A stretch of DNA of 64,000 nt from Octopus sinensis (taxonomy: Eukaryota): positions 4,216,001 to 4,280,000 of the forward strand of contig NC_043003.1 in assembly GCF_006345805.1 (NCBI RefSeq). Direction: 5' to 3'. Below are positions 1 to 11,946 of this stretch, in pieces. The notes under the pieces were generated by a model that was not told the DNA's origin, made no database searches, and was given only the letters and a program-made list of their open reading frames with translations. The position numbers and the translations under genes were made by a program. Each line of letters starts with the position of its first letter. Positions within the stretch are counted from its first letter, which is position 1.

Positions 1-1376
1 CTGACACCCAAAATGGTTTCCGACCAGGAAGAAGCTGCTTAACTCAGCTCCTGCAGCACTATGACTGGGTGCTGAAACAACTGCTCAACCACTCAAATGT
101 GGAAGTCATATATCTCGACTTCGCAAAGGCCTTCGATAAAGTCGATCATGGAATGATATGTCACAAACTGCGTGATCTTGGCATAGTTGGAAAACTAGGA
201 GAATGGCTTCACGACTTTCTGAAGAATAGAAGTCAGGTGGTAGTAGCCAATGGGGTCACTTCCATTAGCACGCAAATAGTGAGCGGTGTTCCACAGGGCA
301 CTGTTTTGGGACCACTACTGTTCATAATGGCCCTCTCAGACATGCCCTCAGCCACGCGGAGAGCCACGATCACAAGTTATGCAGATGATACAAAAGTTTC
401 ACAGGCAATACAGAACCCTGAAGACACTAGGCACCTGCAATATGAGCTGGACGAAATATACAAGTGGGCTGAAAAGAATAGCATGCAGTTCAATGCTGAA
501 AAGTTTCAAGCTTTATACTATCAGCATGCAAAACTGAATGCAATACCCAAGGAATACACTGGACCCGGAGGGATTGCAATCCCAGAGGCACAATCAGTGC
601 GTGACCTGGGTATTCACATGAGTGATGACGCAACCTTTCATGTACATGTTGCTAAACTGACAATGAAATGCAGACGGCTGGCTGGATGGATTCTTAGAAC
701 CTTTAGAACAAGAGAACAAGAAACCATGATGGTCCTCTGGAAGACACTTGTCCTAAGTCACTTTGACTATTGCTCTCAGCTATGGTCACCATCCAGTGTC
801 AAGTTGATCACAGAACTTGAGGCGATCCAACGAAGCTACACGAAGAAGATAGCCTCTATGCAGAATGTAAGCTGCTGGGAAAGACTCAAGAGATTAAAAT
901 TATATTCCCTGGAGCGTAGGCGGGAAAGATATGCCATAATATACATCTGGAAGATCCTGGAGGGAAGTGTCCTGAACTTTGGCATCGAGAGTTACGCAAA
1001 CGCCAGAACTGGGCGCCACTGCGCGGTGCCTAGGACTCCAAACTTGCCATCAAGATGTAGGACAAGATTCTGTGATAGCCTGGGCTTCCGAGGCCCACAG
1101 CTCTTCAATATCCTCCCGATGAACCTGAGAGACCTGCATGGGGTGGATACAGATGTCTTTAAAATGGAGCTGGATCTCTTCTGTCAGGTGTCCCAGATGA
1201 ACCAACTTCACGGCAGGAGGGGCAGATGAGGGCAGCTGCATCGAACTCTCTCATGCACCAAATAGCAGTTGCTAGAAAGCCTCCATGAAGTGAAACCAAG
1301 TAGCAACACCAAATGGCGGTGCCCCAGCATGGCCACAGCTCATAAGCTGAAATTGGAATCAATCAATCAATCAATC
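1..1376 (+). mobile_element. CR1-group (CR1/L2/Crack-like) LINE, 3' portion, running off the left edge
   Basis: RT frame open from base 3 (QNGFRPGRSC). Short 3' UTR with a stem-loop at 1336-1349, then an (AATC)5 tail at 1357-1376. Confidence 0.9.
69..1229 (+). CDS. LINE ORF2 reverse transcriptase and C-terminal region (partial; probable 1-bp frameshift near 1181, natural stop likely 1286-1288)
   Basis: Motifs YLDFAKAFDKVDH, SGVPQGTVLGPLLF, YADDTK, LKLYSLERRRERY. An alternate frame after 1181 reads SGVPDEP...RAAASNSLMHQ, a typical CR1-group C-terminus. Confidence 0.85.
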   Translation: MLKQLLNHSNVEVIYLDFAKAFDKVDHGMICHKLRDLGIVGKLGEWLHDFLKNRSQVVVANGVTSISTQIVSGVPQGTVLGPLLFIMALSDMPSATRRATITSYADDTKVSQAIQNPEDTRHLQYELDEIYKWAEKNSMQFNAEKFQALYYQHAKLNAIPKEYTGPGGIAIPEAQSVRDLGIHMSDDATFHVHVAKLTMKCRRLAGWILRTFRTREQETMMVLWKTLVLSHFDYCSQLWSPSSVKLITELEAIQRSYTKKIASMQNVSCWERLKRLKLYSLERRRERYAIIYIWKILEGSVLNFGIESYANARTGRHCAVPRTPNLPSRCRTRFCDSLGFRGPQLFNILPMNLRDLHGVDTDVFKMELDLFCQVSQMNQLHGRRGR

Positions 1377-1525
1377 ATATATATATATATATACATACAT
1401 ATATACATATATATGTATTTATATAAATATATATAAATGGATATGTGTATAGATACGTGTGTATGTATATACATGTGTGTATATGTATATGTATGTTTGC
1501 ATATATGTGTGTGTATATATATATA

Positions 1526-1574
<49 letters not shown>

Positions 1575-1620
1575 TATATATATGTATGTATATACATTTG
1601 TGTGTGTGTGCGTATGTGAC
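1377..1620. repeat. Compound (TA)n/(TG)n microsatellite
   Basis: Direct reading. Confidence 0.95.
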
Positions 1621-2029
1621 TGCAGGAATTTCACATTATCATTATCTGTCGTGAATCGAGGTCATTTGAAAATCTTCGAGAAAAAAAAAAACAACCAAGA
1701 AAACGAACAAAGACAAAAAGCAAAAGAAAAAAAAAAGAAAAAAAAACTATCAGCAACACAAACTAAATCTACACGATCATCATCATCATCATCATCATCT
1801 TCCACATTATCATAGTCTCCTCCACCGCCACCGCCACCACCACCAGCAACAAAAGAGGTTTCATTATTTGCTACCCCGGGTGGGGCGGTTGAGTTGTGTG
1901 GAGGTATTTGAAGAAATGACGAAAATTGTGAAAGTTGACAAAGAACCCAGTTGAGAAAAAAACGAGCGAATCCTTAGAAACGACTCGAAAAATGCCAATA
2001 AAAATGATTATGTTATTCTTATCATTAAT

Positions 2030-2081
2030 TTATCATCATTATTATATTATTATTATTATTATTTTATTATTATTATTATTA

Positions 2082-2115
<34 letters not shown>

Positions 2116-2135
2116 TTATCATTATTATTATTATA
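2030..2135. repeat. (TAT)n microsatellite
   Basis: Direct reading. Confidence 0.95.
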
Positions 2136-2636
2136 ACCAAAATTAGAAAACAAAAAGAAATAAAGGGATCTTTAAAGATAAAACGTATAAAAGGGGCAGT
2201 AATGACTTGTGTTAAACTGGTGTCCCTTGTAGGGTATAATTATATGGCAAGAAACCCGTGAAGATTTTACAGCTGTTGCCCTCGGAGCTGGATCTGGGGT
2301 GGGGTGAGGTGAGGTGGGTGGTTGGTAATAAAGAGGACTTGGTGAAACGTTTGTCTGTAAGGTTTACACTTAGAAGTATAGAGCTTTGGTTTGAGGCTAC
2401 CATCCTTAGCAAGGAAACAAAATATTATTTTATATCAGTTACAGACACACCCTGTAACTCACACTCTTATACACACACACACACACACACACGCACGCAC
2501 TTACGTCTGTATATGGTCATACATACACACATAACTATACACACACGTATATACTTAAATGCATTTGCGTGTGTGTATGTATATTATATATATATACATA
2601 CGTTTATATATGTAGACCTACACGCACACGTGCATG

Positions 2637-2668
<32 letters not shown>

Positions 2669-2704
2669 AGTACGTTTATATATGTAGATCTACACGCACA
2701 CGTG

Positions 2705-2735
<31 letters not shown>

Positions 2736-3049
2736 GCGCGTATACACACAACACGCACACATATATACGTACATATATATACATACATATATATATAAGT
2801 ATACCTTTATACACGTATCTTTGGTTTCACCCTACTGAGTGCAACCATGCTGAGAAACAATATTGTGTGTGTGTGTGTGTGTGTGTGTGTGCATGTCTGT
2901 GCTTAATTTGCCTGCGTTTGTCACAATCTTCTGGGCTTACCCCACCACCTGTAACACTCCTTACCCCTTTGTGATTCGTTATTAATTCAGTTCCCGTCAA
3001 TGACAACTTCATTTTATTAATACCCACAACAGCTGAAACAAAAGTGGTT

Positions 3050-3083
<34 letters not shown>

Positions 3084-3121
3084 ACACACAATCATTGCCG
3101 CAGTCAAATGACAGAAGCAAG

Positions 3122-3158
<37 letters not shown>

Positions 3159-3704
3159 CCGTACATATATACACACGTAGGTGTGTATATACCTATGGGT
3201 ACGATTACATGCACTCGATGCGTGGCAATTGAACAAGATAGCTGCACCTACTGGTTGCATCTGCAGTGTGGGATGTCATGCGTCACCGACACTAAATATG
3301 TAATAATAGGAATAAAAGAGTCCCATGCCCAAGTTCTTTTCACATGTACACACACACAATATATATATGTAATAAATCTCTGAGCGAGGTATAAACAGTT
3401 GCTGCACAACATCGTGAAGTATATTTGCCACTTAAATGTGGCTAACCCTTAAGGGTGGATGCTACTGTAGCTTGTAGCCCCAAGAGGACACCTCCTCCAG
3501 CTGGGTATTGATACACTTTCTGTGCCCTATCAGTATTTGCAAAGGAAGCCATCCTGTTTACACTTTTACGCAAAGAGAAGCCATCTTGTTTACACTTTTT
3601 CGAGATCGATGACTCTTTGTCACTGGAAAAAGGATATATATATTTGCATTGGGAAGCACTTCACATCGACAACCGGTGATTGTCACACGCTGATGATAGG
3701 TCAA

Positions 3705-4500
3705 TACTCAGAAAATCAAATGTTAGGGATTATGTGATCATGAAACTGTTCAGCCATCCATTCCTGTGTTACTAGAGCCATGTGTGATAGTGCAGAGTCT
3801 TACTGAAACACATATGGCCTTCCATTGCATACACCGTCTATCCAGGGTTTAACAATTATTTCCAGGACTTCAATGTAAGCAACAGAGTTAACTCTGAGAT
3901 CTTGTGGAAAGAAGTAAGGTGGCATCACATGTCCTTCATAGCTGACACCCCCGAAAATCATAACAATTGCAGGACATTTTATACGCATATATTGGAATTT
4001 CAGAAGTGTCTGCACATAACCATCTCTCATTTCTTCTGTTAACATTTTGATCTTTGTCGAAGGTTTTCTAATTTGAGAAAAACCAAATCAAATTTTCTTC
4101 TGCTGGATTTTTCAGTTTGTTTAAGAGCCTTTTAGATCTGATGTAGTGATTTTCTTTTGCTTTTTCTGACAAATTGACCTTTCCTCATCACATAAGACTT
4201 ATATCTGATGTATTCGTGGACAACATTTCTGACTGTTCCTTCTGACACATGGAGATCTTTCGCAACTGACCTCATGGACTTTCTGGAATTGTAGTCAATG
4301 GTCTGTTGAACTTGCTGGATAAATTCAGGTGTTCTGATGATTTCAGAGTGTTTAGAATGCTTTTTATGCTTTGATACTGGTGATACGTTTCCATCTTCAG
4401 TCTCTAACCTCTTAAAAACTTTGTAAACGAAAGAGGTGGCAAATTTTAAAAATCAAGATATTTCTAAATCACTATAACCACAATAACAGCATGCCTCTTC
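3705..4500 (-). pseudogene. Decayed Tc1/mariner transposase (maT/DD37D-like motif set)
   Basis: Minus-strand translation gives IRTPEFIQQVQQTID...KSMRSVAKDLHVSEGTVRNVVHE (HTH), WFFSN*KTFDKDQ (FSDEK), VMIFGGVSYEGHVMPP and RPYVFQ*DS (FQQD). Contains in-frame stops. Confidence 0.8.
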
Positions 4501-4647
4501 ATTTCTTGAGTAAGCTGAGGGTCTGCCATTATTATTTTCTGAAACAAAGATTATACAGAGTTACCAAAAAGTGCAGCAATTACCCAAAACAAGTATGTCC
4601 TCAAATATCTTACGCAGTGTGTGTGTGTGTGTGAACGTTTTAAAATT

Positions 4648-5015
4648 AAAACAGAAGCACTCAGAGAGCGCAGACCTCCGGCAAGGCTATACCAACGTCT
4701 TCTCAATGATTAGCCAGAGAGGATTTTTAAAATGAGAATATCTGAAATAAACTCGGCTTCTCTCACAAACGAGAATACTAAAATTGAATCCAGCCGCTCT
4801 CAAAATATTAAGTAAAAACAACGGTAAAATAATCCAGAATCCTTGTCCGGTACCGGATCGATCCCAAAATCTAATGAGTTCGTGCCAGTCAACAGGACAA
4901 ACAGCCCTGAAAGTTTCATCCGAATCCATCCAGCAGTTCTTGAGATATCTTGTCCACAGACAAACAAACATGACTGCAAACAATACTTTTGCCTTAGCTA
5001 AAGCGGAGGTAATAA
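4648..5015 (+). mobile_element. Probable non-autonomous Helentron/HINE-like element
   Basis: 5' subterminal ACCTCCGGCAAGGC (4674-4687). 3' decayed palindrome TACTTTTGCCTTAGCTAAAGCGGAGGTA, whose right half is inverted to the 5' motif, followed by ATAA. Confidence 0.45.
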
Positions 5016-5199
5016 AGTTGAGAAAGAGGACAGAGACCTTATGTGTGTGTGTTGTGTGTGTGTGTGCGTGCGTACACACAGAATCTTTAATGACTTGTAG
5101 CTGCATTACTTGATTACTGCTCATTTTTCTGACTTTGTGAAGCCCACTTCTTCACGATTGGTGCTACCGATGCAGCGCACAACTGATGCTAGATTGCAC

Positions 5200-6030
5200 C
5201 TCGTGTCCAGCTGAGTGACCCGAATATTGGTATAAACCCCGATACAGTCAGCGCAGTGCGCGTCAATGATTTATTTCATGCCGGAAGTGTTCACAACCAT
5301 ATCCGGATGTTTTATTCCCCAGTCACATGTTCTTGGACTTACGTTTTCCAGACAGATGTTCCTGGTAATTCTCCAGTTACATATTCCTTTGTACGGGTCT
5401 GTCAACGAATATATTTCCAGTCATTCCTCGGTACGTATAGCATTCCACATCAGGTGACAGAGAAATTAGCCAGGTCAACGATAAACCTGTTGCTAGATGC
5501 GATTGTAGCTATTCCGCGTTTCAAACCCAGGTAGAAATAGTCATCCCGGCCAAATTCCTTCCTCCAGACTCTCGGAACTTCTTGACCAAATCAGGCTTCT
5601 TTTACACAATATGCAGCTGTGTTCTTAGCGGTAATTTAGTCGAGCCATTACTGTGCCGGACAGAATGCTTCGCGATATTTGTTCCGACCGACTCCAACTT
5701 CAATTACACCGACAACAACTTTGCCATTCGTCGTTTTGCGATCGAGAAAATACAATACCAATCCAGGGTTGACCTATAAGAATGTCGGAACTGACGCCTT
5801 TCGGTGTTTGTTCCGGCATCACCTTCTTGGGTATTAAACTTAACCCGTCACTTGGCGCCTGGGTACTCTTAACGGAGTCCACTTTGTTGCAGATATTAGG
5901 GTCAACTTTTCGGTTCGAGGCCACCTCCCTCTGTCCACTCCCACTTGTCTCGGAGGCCCTATATGGGATCTCTTTTTGCCTCTCAACGAAAAGATAAAAA
6001 AATTTTTTTTCCAGATCGTCCACCAAGAAG
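5200..6030 (-). pseudogene. Decayed coding-like relic, possibly ORF1 of a non-LTR retrotransposon
   Basis: Higher-complexity, GC-richer stretch. ORF 5700-6026 is followed by a long minus-strand frame with only scattered stops. No diagnostic motif; the family assignment is inference. Confidence 0.3.
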
Positions 6031-6741
6031 ATATGCCCTGGGTCTGCGTTTCTGTCTTCCTGTGGGCCTGCTAAAAAGGCAAATTATAAACAGCATTACA
6101 CATAGACACACACACTGTGCCCTTGATATATAACCCTGTCATACTCCGCTTCCTACATTTAAATTCAAGATGGTGATTTGTGAGGAAACCAAATTGTGTT
6201 CGACCCTAATTAAGGTCCTTGGAGCTTCAGCCAGTCAAAAGAACTCTGACATCTAAGAGCAGAGATCAGAATTTAATGCTTTGCTGCAATCCCGCCAGAT
6301 TGAGATCAAGTTTCACCCCTGCCATCGCCGCCCCCTCCCCTTACGTCACGGTTTTGTTAAGATTTGTTTTACAAATCCCTAAATCCCTTTTATCCCAGTT
6401 GCTTTTGTAGTTGTAATGATATTATTATTATTATTGAAGTGATCTTCAAGCAATAAATTCAGAAAGGTTGTTTACATGTCATACATGTATACAAACCCCC
6501 ACTGCCCCTCTGTAGACATGTTATACATTGGATTCTGGCATACATTTGGACTAGAGTTCTTGTTTTATCCCGTTCCCGACCCGTTCCTGCCAACCAACTT
6601 GATGTGTTTATATTTCCGTTGAGAGCTTACTGCTAAAGGTTAGTTTACTTGATATAACCAGTAGCAGACAATCAAGTCTTTCCTGGTGCTTTCCGATCTT
6701 GTATGTATGTATATATTATGCATATATGTTTTTATACATAC

Positions 6742-6780
<39 letters not shown>

Positions 6781-6941
6781 AAACAAGTCAAGATAGAAAA
6801 TGCTAAAATAATTTTATAAAGAACATTTCAGTATATATATATAATGTATGCATATGTGAATCTATATACATACAGTGATATGTATTTGCGTATGTACAGA
6901 TATCAATAAATGTGTGAATATGTAGGATTTGACTTATGCAT

Positions 6942-6980
<39 letters not shown>

Positions 6981-8137
6981 GTTGCTAAACGTTAGTTCTG
7001 CTTTATGTACTTTCACGCTTCTCTCAAAGGTTTCTAGCTGTAATTTTCTAATTACTCGCGTCCTTTTCCGATTTGATGAAGTACAGCTTCTCAAGTTTGT
7101 TTCAACCCCCAGTAATTATTGGTATAAATCGTAAGTTTTTCATTCGTTTACTTTTTTCTTTTATTTCTTGGCCAACTGAATTTTTTTTACCACATATTCT
7201 TTTTGTTTTTTCTTCCAAAGTGCCAGATTCTTATGTCTGGTCCGTTATTCTTAATCGACAGGAACATTCTACCAGTCCTCTCTCATAAAGGATTATGTCC
7301 TCCAAATTCACTACAAGTTCTTATATCTTCATCACTATCCTTTCTGTGGACTATTTCAATGTTTTCGCCATTATACCCCCCCCCCCAAAGACATTTTCGG
7401 ACAGCTACTTCCCACATGGGTTACATCTGCGCAGGAAATTCACCAAAATCAGCCCCAATTGTTACATCCGGGGGTTTTACATGTATTCCTCCCCTCAATG
7501 CATTCGTATCTTTCCCCATTTTGAAAAGCCATACAGTTTAAAGTGATTGCTAACATAATAGTTGTTGGTCCAAGATACACTTGTCCAGTTCTCTTGAACA
7601 TACCAAAGTGGTGATGAACATCGCTTCATGATCATGAGGTCCCTGGCTTGAAGCTTAGTGTGTAATATCTTAGGCAAGTATCTCAACTGAAATTCGGTTG
7701 ACGGAACGTGTACTTCGTAATTCAACCGATTAGCTTGATCACACTTTGGGCTGCGCTGTATTACAAAGGAATACGTTAAGGGTACACCTGTCTGCGGAAT
7801 AGTCGACCACATACCCTATAACGCTGTTTGCGGAAGGCTCAGGGGTATGTGTAGTAAGAGGTGTTTGCTTCTGAAGCACTTGGGTCTGGGTTCGGTACTA
7901 CTGCGTGGCCCCTTGGTCATCCGTTTTCTACAATAGTCTTGGCAGTGGATTTGGTAGGCGGAAACTGAAAGAAGCTCATCGTGTATATACGTGTGTGTCT
8001 GACTGTGTTTGTCCCCCACCGCCGCTTGACAACCAGTGTTGGTATGTTTATGTCCCAGTAACTTAGCGGTTTGGCAAAAACAGACCGATAGAAAAAGTGT
8101 CAGGCCTTAAAAAGAATACTACTCTTACTCTATTTTC

Positions 8138-8528
8138 CTCTTTTATTTGTTTCAGTCATTTGACTGCGGCCATGCTGGAGCACCGCCTTTAATCGAGCAA
8201 CTCGACACCGGGACTTATTCTTTTGTAAGCCCAGTACTTATTCTATCGGTCTCTTTTGCCGAACCGCTAAGTGACGGGGACGTAAACACACCAGCATCGG
8301 TTGTCAAGCAATGCTAGGGGGACAAACACAGACACACAAACATGCACATACATATATATATATATATACGACAGGCTTCTTTCAGTTTCCGTCTACCAAA
8401 TCCACTCACAAGGCTTTGGTCGGCCCGAGGCTATAGCAGAAGACACTTACCCAAGGTGTCACGCAGTGGGACTGAACCCGGAACCATGTGGTTGGTAAAC
8501 AAGCTACTTACCACACAGCCACTCCTGC
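8138..8528 (-). mobile_element. tRNA-derived SINE, family B, near full length
   Basis: Head TGGCTGTGTGGTAAG with B box GGTTCAGTCCC; 3' end GGCGGTGCTCCAGCATGGCCGCAGTCAAATGACTGAAAC. Homologous to 45303-45676. Confidence 0.85.
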
Positions 8529-9017
8529 TAGGTCAATTTTTGTGATTAAAGCTTTAAAGTCGGTGCTCCAGCATAGCCGCAGTCTATCGAACCAACAAAT
8601 AAAAGAACATAGACTATAACACAGTCGGTTGTTTTGTTAACCATGTCTATGGAATACACAACCACTAATATTAATTCAAACAGCAGTAAGTGCAGTACTG
8701 AAATACTCCTCGTCGAAACCAACGGAGATCCATTTCTTTTCGTTATTTGTCATTGTCATTCTGAGGCCTTCTGAGAACAGTCAGGTATGACTTTCCTATT
8801 AATGAACCGACTATCTTTCATCTGGTGACCCCTATTAGAGGATCATTCCGTGGACCATTTTTCTGAATTTCGAGATGTAGATTTACCCACGGGCTGCAAG
8901 GCTGCCGAAAACAGGGGCGATTGTGACATTCACAGTTCGAATCGACGTTGTGCCAGCGTCTCTGGCTTTATGCAAACAAGGGTAATACGACTGCTGATGG
9001 TTGCTCGTTATTTTCAG

Positions 9018-9064
9018 GTTTTTAACGCCAGTGGCCCGGACCCCATCGAGCTGCCTAAATATAG
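9018..9064 (+). other. Candidate 47-bp internal exon (VFNASGPDPIELPKY)
   Basis: TTATTTTCAG acceptor and AG|GTAAAC donor around an open GC-richer frame in non-repeat sequence. No homology evidence. Confidence 0.25.
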
Positions 9065-10810
9065 GTAAACATTGTGGAGGAGGGGCATTAATTTATTGGG
9101 CGTAGCGTTCCAAGAACATAAAGGGACACAGCATGAATAGCTTGGGTTTTCTCGATGGTATAAACATAAACACTGGGCTCACAAATAAATATCTTTGGAA
9201 GGGGTTTCATTGACCACGAAGGGAAGAGATAAGTCTACTACAGGCATAAGCCCTGAACTTTTGCGTGGAAGGGGTTAAACGATTACATGGACCCCAGTGC
9301 TCAATTGGTACTTATTTTACCGACCCCGAAAGAATAAAAGGCAAGTTTGACCTCGGCGGCGTATGAGCTGAGAAGGTAAAGCCGGAAGAAATGCAGCTGA
9401 GCATTTTATCCGGCGTCCTAACCATTCTACCAGCCCGCAGCCTTAGGGGGTGAAACAATAATCAAGAACAATAATGAAGCAAATAGGGCCCCTTCTCAAT
9501 AGGGGACAACCACATAGGGCGATTCCGAGCACCTCACACGAACCTTAAGACTAGTAATTATAAAGATACTACTACGACTACTACTACTACTACTAACAAT
9601 AATAATAATTATCCAGTCTATACCTAGCTTCTGTGGTTTTCTTTCAAATCGATTATCAAGATGTAATTAGTCCCCTTAGGCTGTTCCCTGACCCTTTAAA
9701 ATATGATGAGGGAGCGGCAATCCCTTGGGGCCTCCTATTAGTGTCAGTTTAATCTTCCTTCCCCTGCCAACACGACCCCAATCATCATACTCATCTCCAC
9801 CACCACCACCATAAACACTGTCGCTACAACCCCCCCCCCACTATTCTCACCTCCTCCCCCCACTTTTTACCCCCTCTTCCCCACCATCCCCAGTTCAAGT
9901 CGTCTTTCATACTTATGTAATGGTTCACATCTACGAACACACACACGGAAGTAAGCTTACACATAAATAAGCGTACACCCAAACACGCACACATATACAA
10001 TGCATACACATACATCCTATCAGTCATACACACAAACACATTCACTGATTTACTCACACATCCATGCTAATGCGCGCGCACACATACCTCTGTCTCCCTC
10101 TCTCTCTGTCTGTTTCCCTCTCTCTCTCTCTCTCACCGTGCATAGAGGTTTTGTGTGCAGGCATAGCCGTATGCTTAAGACGTTCGCTTTGGAACTTGTG
10201 GTTCCGGGTTCACTCCCTCGATGCAACACATGCTAAAAGTGTTATCTGCTGCCCCAAATTATCCAAAACCCGATAAGTGAAATTTGGTCAATGGAAACTG
10301 TATGGAAGCCCGTCAAGAATGTTCCTGTTACTAATCAGTCGCTTGATTTAACTTCATCGGACCTCGAGTAGCTTCAGTGGATTTAGCTGTTCTGTTGCAA
10401 ATATTTGAGTTGGACCCCGGCCCTGACTATAACTTCCTTCCTCTCTGTCATCGTTTACGAAAAGCCTGACATGGTTCTCTACATTATTAACAGAGAAAAG
10501 ATAATCGTCTAAACCGAAGCTATGAAGAACACTTTCTTAAATTTTGTGAAGACGGTGAAGTTTCAAATGATATTTCACGAATCATGGAGGTAAAGGTCAC
10601 TCTCAACAGGAGTGAGTGAGCTACGTTGTAGAGCAGGTACTCCATTTTTTCACTGAGTCCTAACACGATCAGTTCCTAGTCTTGACTGAAGGACATGAGT
10701 ATCTGGATGTCCCTTCCTGTTCTTCAATACCAGATCCATAAAGAACGTGGTTAATTATCAATTCTATAATGACTGGCTCCCAGAAAAATAATAGAAAGGC
10801 GGTTACATCT

Positions 10811-11046
10811 TGCGGCGAGCTGGCGGAAACGTTAGCACGCCGGGCGAAATGCTTTGTGGTATTCCGTCCACCGCTGCGTTCTGAGTTCAAATTCCGCCAA
10901 GGTTCACTTTGCCTTTCATCCTTTCGGGGTCGATTAAATAAGTACCAGTTACGCACTGGGGTCGATGTAATCGACTTAATCCGTTTGTCTGTCCTTGTTT
11001 GTCCTCTCGGTGTTTAGCCCCTTGTGGGTAGTAAAGAAACAGGTAT
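10811..11046 (+). mobile_element. tRNA-derived SINE, family A
   Basis: A box GGCGGAAACGTTAGC, B box GAGTTCAAATTCC, core CTTTGCCTTTCATCCTTTCGGGGTCGAT, tail AGCCCCTTGTGGGTAGTAAAGAAA. Confidence 0.85.
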
Positions 11047-11722
11047 TGGCTGTGACAACCAGAGTTGTCTACCAGCCACGGTATCATCCGGGAACCGTGT
11101 GTTGTCTTTCAAAACTACGAGGCCTTTCTTTCCTGTGGATGCCATTGTATATTGTTTTAGAAAAATCCTCTTTTCTCAATATGTTCTTCAATATTTTTGG
11201 TCAGCTGCTTATTACATGTCTTACGCCCTCATCCACAGAAAAAGGATATAATCGATATTTGCAGTTGAATTACGGGATTTTAAGGGTCTCATTGTTTCGT
11301 AGCTATCTCTTGTCCTTGGACTGAAAAACAATCTTCGAGATGTGATGCAGCGACCCCAATCCCAAGAGAGGTTCCACTTCATGTTAAGATTATCATCCTT
11401 TACAAGCTTATGGGGACACACCTTTGCCTAACTTTATTCTGCTTCTTTCCCAAATCTTTGCTGAGGTCTTTTAATGCCGCATTTCTGATTTCATAAGATC
11501 GATCATCTGGAAGTGAATGTTTCTTCAGGAGTTCGTCCACTTCTGGCCTGTAGGGGTATTATTCACTTCAGTTTTGAAGATTGTGGGGTCTATTATTGTT
11601 GCTATAGCTTATCAGATGCTGTCTAAGTGATTTCATAACAGCGAATGCTGTCCGTTCTAATTTTTAACCTCTTCCTCTCTCCTTCGATATAGTCTATTAA
11701 TATAGGTTTAAAATTTTGGCAC

Positions 11723-11946
11723 AAATTTCGAAGGTAGGGAGAATTTCGGGGCAGGGGTAGAATTTTCGGGGGCAGGGATAGAATTTCGGGGGTAGGGGAT
11801 AGAATTTCGGAGCAGGGAATAGAATTTTCGGGGGTATGGGGTAAAATTTCGGGGGTAGGGGGTAGAATTTTCGGGGGTACGGCTAGAATTTCGGGGGTAG
11901 GGGGTAGAATTTCGAGGGTAGGGATAGAACTTTGGGGGTAGGAGGT
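11723..11946 (+). repeat. G-rich minisatellite, about 11 units of 18-22 bp (TAGAATTTCGGGGGTAGGGG), inside a family-A SINE remnant
   Basis: Units read directly. Continues into SINE-core sequence at 11947-12045. Confidence 0.9.
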
